A stretch of 64,000 nt of DNA from Eledone cirrhosa (Eukaryota), in NCBI GenBank assembly GCA_964016885.1, contig OZ024747.1, positions 11,470,001-11,534,000 on the forward strand, read 5' to 3'. This document shows, piece by piece, positions 1 through 13,086 of this stretch. Under the pieces are notes generated by a model that searched no databases, had not been told where the DNA came from, and saw only the letters and a list, made by a program, of their open reading frames with translations. Each line of letters begins with the position of its first letter. The stretch's first letter is position 1. The position numbers and the translations under genes were made by a program.

Positions 1-369
1 GTAGTGGTGGTGATGGTAGTGGTGACAATGATGGTGGTGGTGGTGATAGTTCTGTTGGTGGTTTTGTCAGGGAGGTGGCGGGGGTTGATAGCAATGGTGG
101 TGGTGGTGGTGGTGGAGCCAGAGTGACTAGGCAATAAATGGTGGTATCAGTCACAAGATGGCAGTGAGGGGGGAAGTAAGGAGGGGGAGGTAAAGTTAGA
201 TGTCTGGAGATATGTTGTGGAAGGGGGTTGAAGTGTTGAGTTGGGTGAGGGCAGGGTATATGGATTGTTTACCCGGTTCTCTCCCCCACCCGACTCTCAA
301 AGTTCTCTACCTGGTCAGGTAAAACTGGAATCTCATCAAGTTCAAAAATAGATCAAAGAAAAAAAAACA

Positions 370-557
370 AAACCCCACAAGCACTACAACAAAACAAAGA
401 GTAAAGTTGTAACTATAATGGAAATATTTCACTTGGAATGGGTGTAGGTAGGGGAATGGGGGAGTTTTACTTCAGCCCTTCCCCTCAATATACAGAGGAC
501 TACCTCACCCTCACCCTAAATATACAGTAGAGTACCGTATATGTGTGTATATATGTA

Positions 558-618
<61 letters not shown>

Positions 619-1277
619 ATATATATCTATATATATCTATATATCCGGGAGAGATGACCCCTTAGCCTTTGTCAAGGCAGAATTCTAGGAGAAGGAAAAC
701 TCTGATATAACACCTGCAACCCTGATGGTATCCAATGATGTTGACTTGTTCTTCTTTTTGGTAAATATCATCTTGGTTAAGAGAGTGGGACTGGCTTTGT
801 GCAGTGCCTTTGCTCACTATAAAAGCTTCACGACACAGGCATTGCTTTATATCTGGAGATCTCTCTGCACTTGTCGTCACATGGTACCCTGGGCCCAGCA
901 CTATGTGTCAATAATTGTCACAAGTGTAGTGTTTGTACCAGAGTTTTCAAGTCGCTGGCTGGATTAAAAAGTCACACTTGTTCAGCGCATCGGTAGGGGT
1001 TGTCCTACATGGATATAAAGTAGTGGCCGTACTCGAAAACGAGTTGGCAGCCACCATATATCTATATATATATATATACACACACACATACATATATACA
1101 CACATATACGGTACTCTACTGTATATTTAGGGTGAGGGTGAGGTAGTCATCTGTATATTGAGGGGAAGGGCTGAAGTAAAACTCCCCCATTCCCCTACCT
1201 ACACCCATTCCAAGTGAAATATTTCCATTATAGTTACAACTTTACTCTTTGTTTTGTTGTAGTGCTTGTGGGTTTTT
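370..1277. repeat. ~200-bp inverted duplication (370-~580 / ~1065-1277) around a 410-bp dispersed repeat
   Basis: cccacaagcactacaac...gagtaccgtat recurs as the reverse complement atacggtactc...gtagtgcttgtggg. Confidence 0.9.
645..1055. mobile_element. Dispersed non-coding repeat, copy 1 (possibly LINE 5'-UTR derived)
   Basis: Closely similar copy at ~32057-32493. Both are bounded by (TA)n-rich tracts and share the end gagttggcagccacc. Confidence 0.75.
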
Positions 1278-1392
1278 TTAAAATATATATATATATATAT
1301 ATATCAGACCAGAGTCAGGTTCGATCATTAATAGATCGTTCCCCGAGCAGATCAACAGTGAAACATATGTAATATGTAATTAAATATGTATT

Positions 1393-1740
1393 GGAGACAC
1401 ATGGCTTAGTGGTTAGAGCATTGGCCTTGCAATCGAAAGGTTGTGAGTTCAATTCTCAGACCTGGTGATGTGTTGTTTCCTTGAGCAAGACACTTTATTT
1501 CACATTGCTCCAGTTTACTCAGCTGTAGAAATGAGATGATAGGGACTGGGGTCCATATCATTCCACTGCAAAGTGGTCGTGGAGGTGCCACGGCTAAAAA
1601 AGCACCCAGCACTCACTGTAAATGAGGTTGGTGTTGGGAAGGGCACCCAGCTGTAGAAATCAAGCTAGAATCAGTTCCTGTCCCACCCTTGCGAGCATGG
1701 AAAAAGCGGACGTAAAATGATGATGATGATGATGATGATA
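1393..1740 (+). mobile_element. tRNA-derived SINE (family 1) with RTE-type 3' tail
   Basis: A-box TGGCTTAGTGG (~1402), B-box GAGTTCAATTC (~1445). Tail cccacccttgc..aaaagcggacgtaaaa(tga)n is like the RTE family B 3' end. Confidence 0.9.
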
Positions 1741-2164
1741 TGATGCAACACTGATTCTTTGTTCCCTTATATATTAATACTATATATATGTGTGTATATA
1801 TATATATGTATGTGTATATGTATGTGTGTATATTTAAATAATGAGCTTGCATGTGTGTGTGTGTGTGTGTATCATCATCATTTAACATCTATTTTCTCTG
1901 CTAGGGATTAAAATCTGTTGGTGCAACAACCAAACAGAAGTGGACACTGTGAAATAGACGGTAATCAATAGATAACATTTGTACAGTAAATATGTTTATT
2001 ATTAGATAAAATTGATTTTTACATTGCTATCACAACGTTTTGTCTAAACTCTTCGTATATCTACTTTGTATGAAACAAAGATGAAATGTGAAACAAAGAT
2101 GAAATGTGAAGCAAAGACAAAATGGAGATTCAAAATGTAAATAATCATCAACACAAACAACTTA

Positions 2165-2318
2165 TTTACATTCTGAGTTCAATTCTTGCAGAGATCAACT
2201 TTGCCTTTCATCCTTCAAGTGTGGATAAATAAAGTAACAGTTGAGTACTGGGGTTAATGTAACCAACTTTCCCCTTCACCCCTAAATTGTAGGCCTTGTG
2301 TCTAAGTTAGAAACCATT
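2165..2318 (+). mobile_element. SINE family 2, partial
   Basis: ttctgagttcaattc...caactttgcctttcatcct...gataaataaagta core repeated many times in the window. Confidence 0.7.
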
Positions 2319-2320
2319 GT

Positions 2321-4188
2321 TTAACCCGTTAACATTTACATTTCTCTATATATACTATTGTATTTTCACAGTAAAGGCTTTACCTCACATAATATCTCAC
2401 ATAACATTTACATTACTCTATATATACTATTGTATTTTCACAGTAAAGGCTTTACCTCACATAATATCTCACATAACATTTACATTTCTCTATATTTACT
2501 ATTGTATTTTCACAGTAAAGGCTTTACCTCACATAATATCTCACATAACATTTACATTACTCTATATATACTATTGTATTTTCACAGTAAAGGCTTTACC
2601 TCACAATATCTCACATAACATTTACATTTCTCTATATTTACTATTGTATTGTCACAGTAAAGGCTTTACCTCACATAATACCTCACATAACATTTACATT
2701 TCTCTATATTTACTATTGTATTTTCACAGTAAAGGCTTTACCTCACATAATAGCTCACATAACATTTACATTTCTCTATATTTACTATTGTATTTTCACA
2801 GTAAAGGCTTTACCTCACATAATATCTCACATAACATTTACATTACTCTATATATACTATTGTATTGTCACAGTAAAGGCTTTACCTCACATAATATCTC
2901 ACATAACATTTACATTTCTCTATATTTACTATCGTATTGTCACAGTAAAGGCTTTACCTCACATAATACCTCACATAACATTTACATTTCTCTATATTTA
3001 CTATTGTATTTTGACAGTAAAGGCTTTACCTCACCTAATATCTCACATAACATTTACATTACTCTATATATACTATTGTATTTTCACAGTAAAGGCTTTA
3101 CCTCACCTAATATCTCACATAACATTTACATTACTCTATATATACTATTGTATTTTCACAGTAAAGGCTTTACCTCACATAATATCTCACATAACATTTA
3201 CATTACTCTATTTATACTATTGTATTTTCACAGTAAAGGCTTTACCTCACATAATATCTCACATAACATTTACATTTCTCTATATATACTATTGTATTTT
3301 CACAGTAAAGGCTTTACCTCACATAATATCTCACATAACATTTACATTTCTCTTTATTTACTATTGTATTTTCACAGTAAAAGCTTTACCTCACATAATA
3401 TCTCACATAACATTTACATTTCTCTTTATTTACTATTGTATTTTCACAGTAAAAGCTTTACCTCACATAATATCTCACATAACATTTACATTTCTCTATA
3501 TATACTATTGTATTTTCACAGTAAAGGCTTTACCTCACATAATATCTCACATAACATTTACATTTCTCTTTATTTACTATTGTATTTTCACAGTAAAAGC
3601 TTTACCTCACATAATATCTCACATAACATTTACATTTCTCTTTATTTACTATTGTATTTTCACAGTAAAGGCTTTACCTCACATAATATCTCACATAACA
3701 TTTACATTTCTCTTTATTTACTATTGTATTTTCACAGTAAAGGCTTTACCTCACATAATATCTCACATAACATTTACATTTCTCTTTATTTACTATTGTA
3801 TTTTCACAGTAAAGGCTTTACCTCACATAATATCTCACATAACATTTACATTTCTCTTTATTTACTATTGTATTTTCACAGTAAAGGCTTTACCTCACAT
3901 AATATCTCACATAACATTTACATTTCTCTTTATTTACTATTGTATTTTCATAGTAAAGGCTTTACCTCACATAATATCTCACATAACATTTACATTTCTC
4001 TATATTTACTATTGTATTTTCACAGTAAAGGCTTTATTTTACATAATTATCTCACATAATATCTAATCTTTTGATGTTTATTTTGAGAACAATACCTTAA
4101 TGTAGGTATGAGCTGCCAGAACAGTTTGAACAGAAAGAGGTGAGAGAGTTCTGGCCAGTTACAGCCGGTTTAAATGCTAAAGGGTTAA
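2321..4188 (-). mobile_element. TTAA-flanked piggyBac-type MITE expanded by an internal 72-bp minisatellite (~24 copies)
   Basis: Ends TTAAcccgttaaca...tgctaaagggTTAA. The unit matches the reverse complement of 17830-17915. Confidence 0.8.
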
Positions 4189-4194
4189 AGCACT

Positions 4195-4420
4195 GGATTG
4201 GCAGAATTGGTAGTGTATCAGACAAAATGAAGTATATGTTCCAACACTTTACGTTCTGAGTTTAAATCCTGCCGAGGTCAACTTTGCCATTCATCTTTCC
4301 AGGGTCAATAAAATTAAGTACCAGTTAAATACTGGAGTGCCAGGAACATGGGTGGAGGGGGATATAATTGACTTTCCACTTCCCCCAAATTGCTAGTCCT
4401 GTGCCAATGTTAAAAACAAT
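4195..4420 (+). mobile_element. SINE family 2 copy
   Basis: tggcagaattggtag head, gagtttaaatcc B-box, gaggtcaactttgcc core. Confidence 0.75.
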
Positions 4421-4429
4421 TGTTGTTGT

Positions 4430-4870
4430 TAGGTGCTAGATTGGCAGAATTGTTAGATTGTTGGCTAAACTGTTAGGTGGTAGATTAGCAGAATTGTTAG
4501 ATTGCTAGCTAAACTGTTAGTTGCTAGATTGGCACAATTGTTCGATTGCTAGCTAAACTGTTAGTTGCTAGATTGGCAGAATTGTTAGATTGCTAGCTAA
4601 ACTGTTAGGTGCTGGATTGGCAGAATTGTTCGATTGCTAGCTAAACTGTTAGGTGCTGGATTGGCACAATTGTTAGATTGCTAGCTAAATTGCTTTACAG
4701 TATTTAGCTCCAGCCCTTTACCTTCTTGGTTAAAATTCTGCTGAAGTTAAACTTACATTTCATTATTCTGGGAGTGGTTCATAGAATAAAGTTGCAGTCA
4801 AGAAATAGGGGTCTATACAATCGAATAGCTACCATTTAAACATTTTTGGCTTTGTGCTTATGTCAGAAAT
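4430..4870 (+). mobile_element. SINE family 2 copy with tandemly amplified ~39-bp head
   Basis: About 6-7 repeats of agattggcagaattgttagattgctagctaaactgttag followed by a degenerate SINE body. Confidence 0.65.
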
Positions 4871-4877
4871 AATATTG

Positions 4878-5095
4878 GTTTCTGATTTAGGCACAAGGCC
4901 AACAATTTGGGGGGAGGGGAAAGTTGATTAAATCAACCCCAGTGCATTACTAGTACTTTATTTTATTGACCCTGAAAGGATGAAAGGCAAAGTTAACCTC
5001 AACAAGATTTGAACTCAGAACATAAAGGGCCATAACTATATGCCACAAAGCATGTTGTCTGATGCTTTAATGATTCTACCAATCTCCACCCTTAT
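4878..5095 (-). mobile_element. SINE family 2 copy
   Basis: Reverse complement of the core (aaggatgaaaggcaaagttaacctc...tttgaactcagaac). Confidence 0.75.
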
Positions 5096-5298
5096 GTCAG
5101 AAATAATAATGGAGGTGCTCAACTCATCTCCAAGTGTCGAGTCCCCAACGATATGCATAAATTCAATCCAATCCAGGGCCTTCTCACTCCGGTTGGAGGA
5201 ACCCCTCCCTGGTTCACCTCCACCCCTTTCTGTTTGGTTTTGGTTATGTCAGGGGTGTACTCACCTCGCTTGGCCAATTGCTGGGTTGGTGAGGCTAT

Positions 5299-5539
5299 TT
5301 AACCCTTTCATGACCACACTTCTAATAAAATACACTCTATTTTAATTAATTAATGAAGAATTTTGAGGGATTTACTAAAATTATTAATTATTTCATTACT
5401 AAGATAGTAAACTTAATGTAAGGTTCTTATATAAAATTATGTTGGAAGATTTTAATTTAGATAAGAAACCTTTAAAATGGGTGGTTTTATTTCATAGAAC
5501 CAGAACCGGTTTTGGCCAGGTTGGTAACTAAAAAGTTAA
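5299..5539 (+). mobile_element. Second TTAA-CCCTT-ended MITE family (related copies ~45477-45694 in reverse and ~63590-63800)
   Basis: ttaaccctttcatgacc...aaaagttaa; reverse copy ends catgaaagggttaa at ~45694. Confidence 0.55.
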
Positions 5540-5586
5540 TCTATAGTTGGAGTGTGTATAAATAGTAAGAAAAAAAAAATACTAAC

Positions 5587-6329
5587 CAGTTCTTCACTGT
5601 CTTTGTTCACACTTATGAATTTGTGGTCATCATCATTATTATTATTATTAATAGTAGTAGTAGAAGTAGTAATAGTATTGGGAGTAGTATGATTGAAATT
5701 TTTGTAATTCTTTGGCACTTCTGGTTCTAGCTGAAGATCATTTTCTCGTTTTGTAATTTCATGAGCTCTATCAGCTTCTGTCATCTCTAGATATGTTGGT
5801 TGGAAATGTTCATTTGAAGAAAAATCATCACGGTTGCTCTGATATCTAGCATCCTGTCTAGTTTCCATCTCTTTCTCCTGTCGAAGTAGACGAAGTTCTT
5901 GTTCTTGCTTTAGAGACTCTTCACGCTCTAGTGATAGCCGTATCTCACGCTCTATTGCACTCTCTCTTTCATCAGGAGAGTCAAGATAAGAACTCATGAT
6001 TTGGTTGTCGTTATATGAAGTGTCTGCTACAACAGTCTTCTTGTTCTTAGTTGGTCTCCCTAAAGGGTCGTTCAGCTTCACAGACCAATGTCTCACAACT
6101 TTATTTAACTTCTTCACAACTGATGGGGTCTTTTCATCATTTGATTGTCGGGATCGATTCTCCCAGTTCTCTTTGATATTTCCAAGGTCAGCTATTGAAC
6201 AGCGGTCAATATTTTCCGATGCGTCTTCTTCTTGGAGGATATTTTCACTGTAAAGGTTCACTTTTGGTGGTAAATCATAACCTATAGATGACTTCCGAGT
6301 CTTTATGCTGGCACTAATGTCATAGTTAT
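5587..6329 (-). CDS. Large internal coding exon (743 nt, phase 1 to 0) of host gene; AKAP2/MISP-like coiled-coil motif
   Basis: Non-repetitive open frame. Acceptor ttcttttcttgtttctgcag|AT at 6330/6329 and donor CTG|gttagt at 5587/5586. Translation contains ESAIEREIRLSLEREESLKQE, resembling the IEREIR..EREE motif of AKAP2_C/MISP-type proteins (recognised from memory, not searched). Confidence 0.85.
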
Positions 6330-6875
6330 CTGCAGAAACAAGAAAAGAAGAAATAAAACAAGATTAATTAATCTCTGAAAATTTAGTTTTCTGATGTAAT
6401 ATTTATAGAGAATTACGATATTTCCCGGCATCGAAGACGTTATTTTTTTCCTAAAATGAGTCTCAAAAATCTACCATGTGTCCTGGTGGCCAAAGGTTGG
6501 GTTTCTCATAGGTATATCCTAACCCCAGAGGAAATATATCTATGCTAGACAGTAATATGGTGATGGTGGTAGTGATGGTGATGATGGTGATGGTGGTAGT
6601 GATGGTGATGATGATGATGGTGGTGATTGTGGTGATGATAATGCTAGTGATGGTGGTGTTAGTGATGATGACGATAGTGGTGCTAGTGGGGCTAATTAAA
6701 TATGTACACAACAGAGACTGAAACAGAAACATATATGAAGACCTGTTGATACCCCCCCCCCCCACACAAGGAATTATCTCTCATATATATATATCATCAT
6801 CATCATCATCATCTTCGTTTAACGTCCATTTTCTACGCTAGCATGGGTTATATATATATATATATATATATATAT

Positions 6876-7953
6876 CTAAGAACATAGATTTTACATGTGG
6901 CCGGTGCTCTGGTGCAATAAGTAGCAGCAAGTGCCCACAAACTACTAGCTCTTTCAATTGCGCAGAGGGTTCTATAGAAATAGTGGACAGCTTCCGTTAC
7001 CTGGGCGATAAAATCAGCAGTGGGGGAGGGTGCTCTGAAAGTACTGTAGCTAGAGTCAGAACTGGTTGGAAAAAGTTCAGAGAGCTTATACCACTATTAG
7101 CTGCTAAAGGGTTCTCACTAAAAATGAAAGGCAGGTTGTACGATGCCTGCATACGAACAGCAATGCTGCATGGCAGTGAGACCTGGGCATTGTGTGCAGA
7201 GGATATACGCAGACTAGAGAGGAACGAAGCTTGCATGCTCCGCTGGATGTGTAACAGTAATATACGTGAACGGCAAAGCATAAACGAACTAAGGAATAAA
7301 TTAGAGATAAGAGGGATCAGATGTTGTTTACTCGAGAGAAGGCTACGTTGGTATGGACACGTGATGCGCATGAAAGGCGATAGCTGTATAACAAAGTGCA
7401 GGGCAATAAAGATAGACGGTAGTCACGGAATAGGCAGACCTAGAAAAACCTGGGACGAGCTGATAAACTCCGACATCACACACTTACACCTCTCCAAGAC
7501 AATGTCACTGGACCGAGACCTTTGGCGGTACTCAGTAACAGAGAAGACCCGCCTTACCTAAATATATAGTAAAACCTACTCCAGCCAGTAGGCATCTCTA
7601 ACAAAATACACCCCGTCCCACCACCCCCACTCGATCCACACCACCCCGTTCTATGTAAAGTTATGTTGGTGCCGCGCCATCGAGGCCGAAACAAATGAGA
7701 TCGTGTAGGTGTCACGACAAAAAAACACACAGTCCACGCTGTAATGTGGCCGTGTAGGCAACACGGTAAAAACCTCCCAGACCCACACTGTAAATGTGGT
7801 TGGTGTTAGGAAGGGCATCCAACTGTAGAAAACCTGCCAGACAGTCCTATGCGAGCAAGACAATCACTCTTGCCTCAAGTGGGACTACCCCCGTCCAAAC
7901 CCATGCAAGCGTGGAACACGGACGTTAAACGTTGATGATGATGATGATGATGA
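6876..7953 (+). mobile_element. RTE-clade LINE family A, 5'-truncated (RT C-terminus + 3' UTR + (GAT)n tail)
   Basis: ORF 6983-7561 with FRYLG...[12 protein letters not shown]...GRPRKTW. Starts at a (TA)n tract and ends in (gat)n. Confidence 0.92.
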
Positions 7954-8012
7954 TATAAAGAAAGAGACAGACAGACAGACAGACAGACAGATATATATAT
8001 ATATATATATAT

Positions 8013-8355
8013 AATCATCATCATCATTTAATTTTACGTCCGCTTTTTCCCTGCTTGCAAGGGTGGGACGGGAACTGATTCTAGCTTGATTTCTACAGCT
8101 GGATGCCCTTCCTAACACCAACCTCATTTACAGTGAGTGCTGGGTGCTTTTTTGCAGTGGCACCTCCACGACCACTTTGCAGTGGAATGATATGGACCCC
8201 AGTCCCTATCATCTCATTTCTACAGCTGAGTGAACTGGAGCAATGTGAAATAAAGTGTCTTGCTCAAGGAAACAAAACATCACCCGGTCTGAGAATTGAA
8301 CTCACAACCTTTTGATTGCAAGGCCAATGCTCTAACCACTGAGCCATGTGCCTCC
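8013..8355 (-). mobile_element. SINE family 1 copy
   Basis: Reverse-complement match to 1393-1740. Confidence 0.9.
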
Positions 8356-8487
8356 AAAAGTATAGAAATTAACTTAATCAGTTTATTTACATTGAAACAC
8401 TTGACAATGGTCCACTGACCTGTTAAATCAATTTGAAAATATTTTAATCTCTGCTGACAACCCGCCTTAAATTGACACATATTTATA

Positions 8488-8536
<49 letters not shown>

Positions 8537-8723
8537 GAGAGGGAGAGAGAGAGAGAGCGAGAGAGAGCCAAACAGACAGATATATATATATATATAAATA
8601 AAAATAGACCGAGAAACAAGAATGTCCTTCATCAGTAGTCTGCTGATTATCATTGGTATTTCTTTGCATTAGAGACTAGATACCTAAAATCAGTGTGAGC
8701 GATAACTAAATTAAGTTATCGGG

Positions 8724-9385
8724 ACAGAGGAAAACAGAGGAAAGGAAACAAACAACATGGTAGTAATGCAATGTAAAGAGAGGAAAAGAGAGGAAAACAG
8801 AGGAAAGGAAACAAACAACATGGTAGTAATGCAACATAAAGAGAGGAAAAGAGAGGAAAACAGAGGAAAGGAAACAAACAACATGGTAGTAATGCAATGT
8901 AAACAGAGGAAAACAGAGGAAAGTGAACAAACAACATGGTAGTAATGCAACGTAAAGAGAGGAAAAGAGGAAAACAGAGGAAAGGAAACAAACAACATGG
9001 TAGTAATGCAACATAAAGAGAGGAAAAGAGGAAAACAGAGGAAAGGAAACAAACAACATGGTAGTAATGCAATGTAAACAGAGGAAAACAGAGGAAAGGA
9101 AACAAACAACATGGTAGTAATGCAACATAAAGAGAGGAAAACAGAGGAAAGTGAACAAACAACATGGTAGTAATGCAACGTAAAGAGAGGAAAAGAGGAA
9201 AACAGAGGAAAGGAAACAAACAACATGGTAGTAATGCAACGTAAAGAGAGGAAAAGAGAGGAAAACAGAGGAAAGTGAACAAACAACATGGTAGTAATGC
9301 AACATAAAGAGAGGAAAAGAGGAAAACAGAGGAAAGGAAAAAAAAAACATGGTAGTCATGCAACGTAAAGAGAGGAAAAGAGAGA
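8724..9385. repeat. Purine-rich minisatellite, ~51-63-bp variable unit
   Basis: Repeating aaacaaacaacatggtagtaatgcaa + gaggaaaa blocks. Confidence 0.9.
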
Positions 9386-9705
9386 CAAGTCAATGAATGT
9401 TGTGGGCTTAAGTCCGACAAATCAAATGACGAAAAGAAACAGACGCCTCCGAGCCACAAGAAAAGTGAGAGAGGAAAGGAATTCACGCGGGTCAGACGGG
9501 AGGGAGGAAGTGAGAGAGGAGAAGTAGCAGAGAGTGAGTGAGTGAAAGTATGAGGAAGGGGCCAGCCGAGAGTGAGTGACCAGCAGCGGGAGTGGAGGAA
9601 AGCAAGAGGTGAAGGAGAGAGAAAGAGGATATATATATATATACACACATGCAGACACACGTCACAAATACGGAGGTGGGGCAGTGAGAAATATAGAGAC
9701 ATACA

Positions 9706-10047
9706 TATCATTTCATCATTTCATTTTTACGTCCGCTTTTCCCTGCTTGCAAGGGTGGGACAGGAACTGATTCTGGCTTGATTTCTACAGCTGGATGCCC
9801 TTCCTAACACCAACCTCATTTACAGTGAGTGCTGGGTGCTTTTTTTCCGTGGCACCTCCACGACCAGTTTGCAGTGGAATGATAGGGACCCCAGTCCCTA
9901 TCATCTCATTTCTACACCTGAGTAAACTGGAGCAATGTGAAATAAAGTGTCTTGCTCAAGGAAACAACACATCACCCGGTCTGAGAATTGAACTTACAAC
10001 CTTTCGATTGCAAGGCCAATGCTCTAACCACTAAGCCATGTGCCTCC
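9706..10047 (-). mobile_element. SINE family 1 copy
   Basis: Reverse-complement match to 1393-1740. Confidence 0.9.
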
Positions 10048-10057
10048 ATATATATTT

Positions 10058-10089
<32 letters not shown>

Positions 10090-11189
10090 ACACACACACA
10101 CATGTAGACATTTGCATGTATTTGATAGCCTTTGCACTCCCTTAAAATGTTGTAAGATGTAAAAATAGTTCCTATGAACAGATGTCTCAAACACCCAGTC
10201 TGTAAACTACTTTTCTATTGACCACAACAGAATGATTTTCTTGACCAATATTTTCCTAAAACTTGCTACTTAGTCCCTCACCTTGTCCATATTCTTGCTG
10301 TGACAGAAGTGGCAGTATTAACCTTGACCTACCAACCTAATACAAACAGACAATCAATTCTAAGATCAGCCAGGGTCTGACCATTTTTCCCCCAAGGAAG
10401 GATAGAATATATTTTAGTATTTCAGTCACTTTCACTTCAGATCAAAAGGTGAAAAGTAGAAATATGTATCCAATTTTATATACATTTAAAAACCATTCTT
10501 AGAAAGAATGTTAAGAAAGTCTACATTGGCTTGATCCAGAAGACTCCTGAAACAGCTACAGGAGAACCATGACAAGTGCTCCGTTTCAAACACGGTCATA
10601 AAACGTCCCTTGAGTGCTGAGCCAGGTCAAGTGTTCCACAGTTGGTGGATAGAAGAAATGTTTTAAAGTCAGTCATAAAACGTCCCTCGAGAGCTGAGCC
10701 AGGTCAAGTGCTCCTTAGTTGGTGGACAGAAGAAATGTTTTAAAGACAGACTTAAAGACAGTTTATATGTAAGAAAGATTTGTTATTCACCATTCTACGT
10801 ACTAAGTGTTTTTCTTTAAAAATGGTAATGAAAGGGTTAATGACATAGGTAGTACCTTTCATGAGAATATGGTAATGGCATGGACAGTGTCTTTCATTAG
10901 AAATATGGTAATAGAAGGGTTAATCTATGTTTATGATCACCTACTCATATAAAATTCTTCCTTCAGCTAGAAGAAATTCTTTACATTCTATAACAACAAC
11001 TGTTCCCATTTAAAAAGCATAGAAATTAACTTAATCAGTTTATTTACATTGAAAAACTTGACAATGGTCCACTGACCTGTTAAATCAATTTGAAAATATT
11101 TTAATTTCTGCTGACAACCCGCCTTAAATTGACACAGAAAATAAATTCTTATCAGTTATTAAATGCATGCTTGACTGCATATATACATT

Positions 11190-11480
11190 GTTTAACTTAG
11201 TATTTAAAACAAATAAATCTTTTGCGTGCATACACATAGAGCTTAACTTAGTACTTAAACAAACCTCTCTTACACATATAGCTTAACTTAGTATTTAGTA
11301 TGGTAAATAACAAACCTTTCTAATATACATATAACTTAACTTAGTACGGTGAATAACAAGCCACTCTTACACATAGAGCTTAACTTAGTATTTAGTATGG
11401 TGAATAACAAACCTCTCTTACACACATAGAACTTAACTTAATACTTAGTATGGTGAATAACAAACCTTTCTAATATACAT
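11190..11480. repeat. Degenerate ~45-55-bp tandem repeat
   Basis: Repeated cttaacttagta...aataacaaacct. Confidence 0.7.
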
Positions 11481-11486
11481 TATAAT

Positions 11487-11670
11487 TTGGCAGTATTGGT
11501 AGAGGGTCGGACGCCATGCTTTGCGGCAAAGAGTTACGGCTCTTTATGGTCTGAGTTCAAATCCTGCTGAGGTTAACTTTGCCTTTCATCCTTACGAGGG
11601 TCGATAAAATAAAGTACCAGTAATGCACTAGGTAATTGCTGGCCTTGTGCCAAAAGTAGGAACAAATATA
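11487..11670 (+). mobile_element. SINE family 2 copy
   Basis: Body nearly identical to 26225-26365. Confidence 0.8.
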
Positions 11671-12036
11671 ATGTAACTTAAATGTTTATAGTATCTTTAC
11701 TAGTGGACAGATTGTTGTGAACATTTGCAGTAAATTAAAGGTTTTAATTTTTATTGTGATATAGTTTCATGTGGTACAAGATGTTAACAACTAAAGGTTG
11801 CTCTCAGCGCTATCAAAAGGACAAGAGTACACAACATTTCAAAGAAACAGAATGAGTGAACCAAAGAATGTGATAACCTTTCATTGGTTGATTCATGCTG
11901 TTACCATTTGTCAATATATTATATATATATACACATTCACACACATGTATATTTATATACACACACATACCCACACCCACAATTCATATATATATATATA
12001 GGTGTGTGTATGCATATATATATATTTTGTGTTGTG

Positions 12037-12132
<96 letters not shown>

Positions 12133-12849
12133 GTATATTGGACCTGACAATGCGTGTTCCAGTTGTTCAATCAATGGAACAGCCTGCTTGTGAAATTATT
12201 GTTTAAGTGGCTGAGCATTCCACAGGCATGTGTACCTTTAATGTAGCTTACGTGAGACTGTCACACTTGACAGCTGAGTTGAATGAAACAATGTGCTATA
12301 AAAAGTACTCGGGAATTGAACTCTAAACCTTATAATAGTGGAACCAGCTTCTTAACTACTAAGCAACACATCTTCATGATCACACACACACGCACACATA
12401 TATATATACACACACACATACACATAATATATACACACATGCACACACACACCAGCCAAGTGACTTTTGTTGCTCCAGAAATGTTTCATTCTTATATATC
12501 TTGATTTTCAAGAGTCATCCGACATTACTCATTGTATGCCATAAAAGGAAGTGACAAGAATATCACCAAAACTGCTGAGACTAGCATCATCATCACAACA
12601 TTGTAAAAAAATAGATTTCGATGAGACAACCCATCCCTTGTGTCACAAACATGTCGACCATTTTATCGACTCCATAGCTAGAGACAAACTGGAAACAAGT
12701 GATAACATGCTTGGAGAAAATCAATAACTAGTCTGTTTATAGTAGGTTGTTCTCAGAAGCAACACCTGGTAAATACCTAATTATGAGAGAGTGAAAGAAA
12801 ACATTAGTTGGACATAGTTTCTTTTCAAGATCTCAAATCATTTAAAAGT

Positions 12850-13020
12850 CAGTGAATTGATAGGATCATTATAATGTTGTATAAAATGCTTTGCAGAATT
12901 CTTTCTCATTCTCTGCACTTTGAGTTCAAATGCTACCAAGGTCAACTTTGCCTTTCAGCCTTTTGAAGTTAATAAAAAAAACTACCTGTCCAGTAATGGG
13001 GTCAATTCCTCCATTCCCCT
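12850..13020 (+). mobile_element. SINE family 2, degenerate
   Basis: gagttcaaat..aggtcaactttgcctttca core. Confidence 0.55.
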
Positions 13021-13086
13021 TCTCTCTCTCTCTCTCTCAAAAAAGAAAAGAAAAGAAAAGAAAATCAACTATATTCAGACTTTAAC

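Noticed and set aside
1340-1375. Minimal hammerhead (GAAAC-AUAU-GUA)
   Set aside because: No upstream CUGANGA or stem I.
1393-1465. tRNA gene
   Set aside because: The A/B boxes continue into a SINE body and LINE-like tail in three copies, so it is a SINE head.
2317-4066. 580-aa and 351-aa repeat proteins
   Set aside because: Translation of a 72-bp MITE-derived minisatellite.
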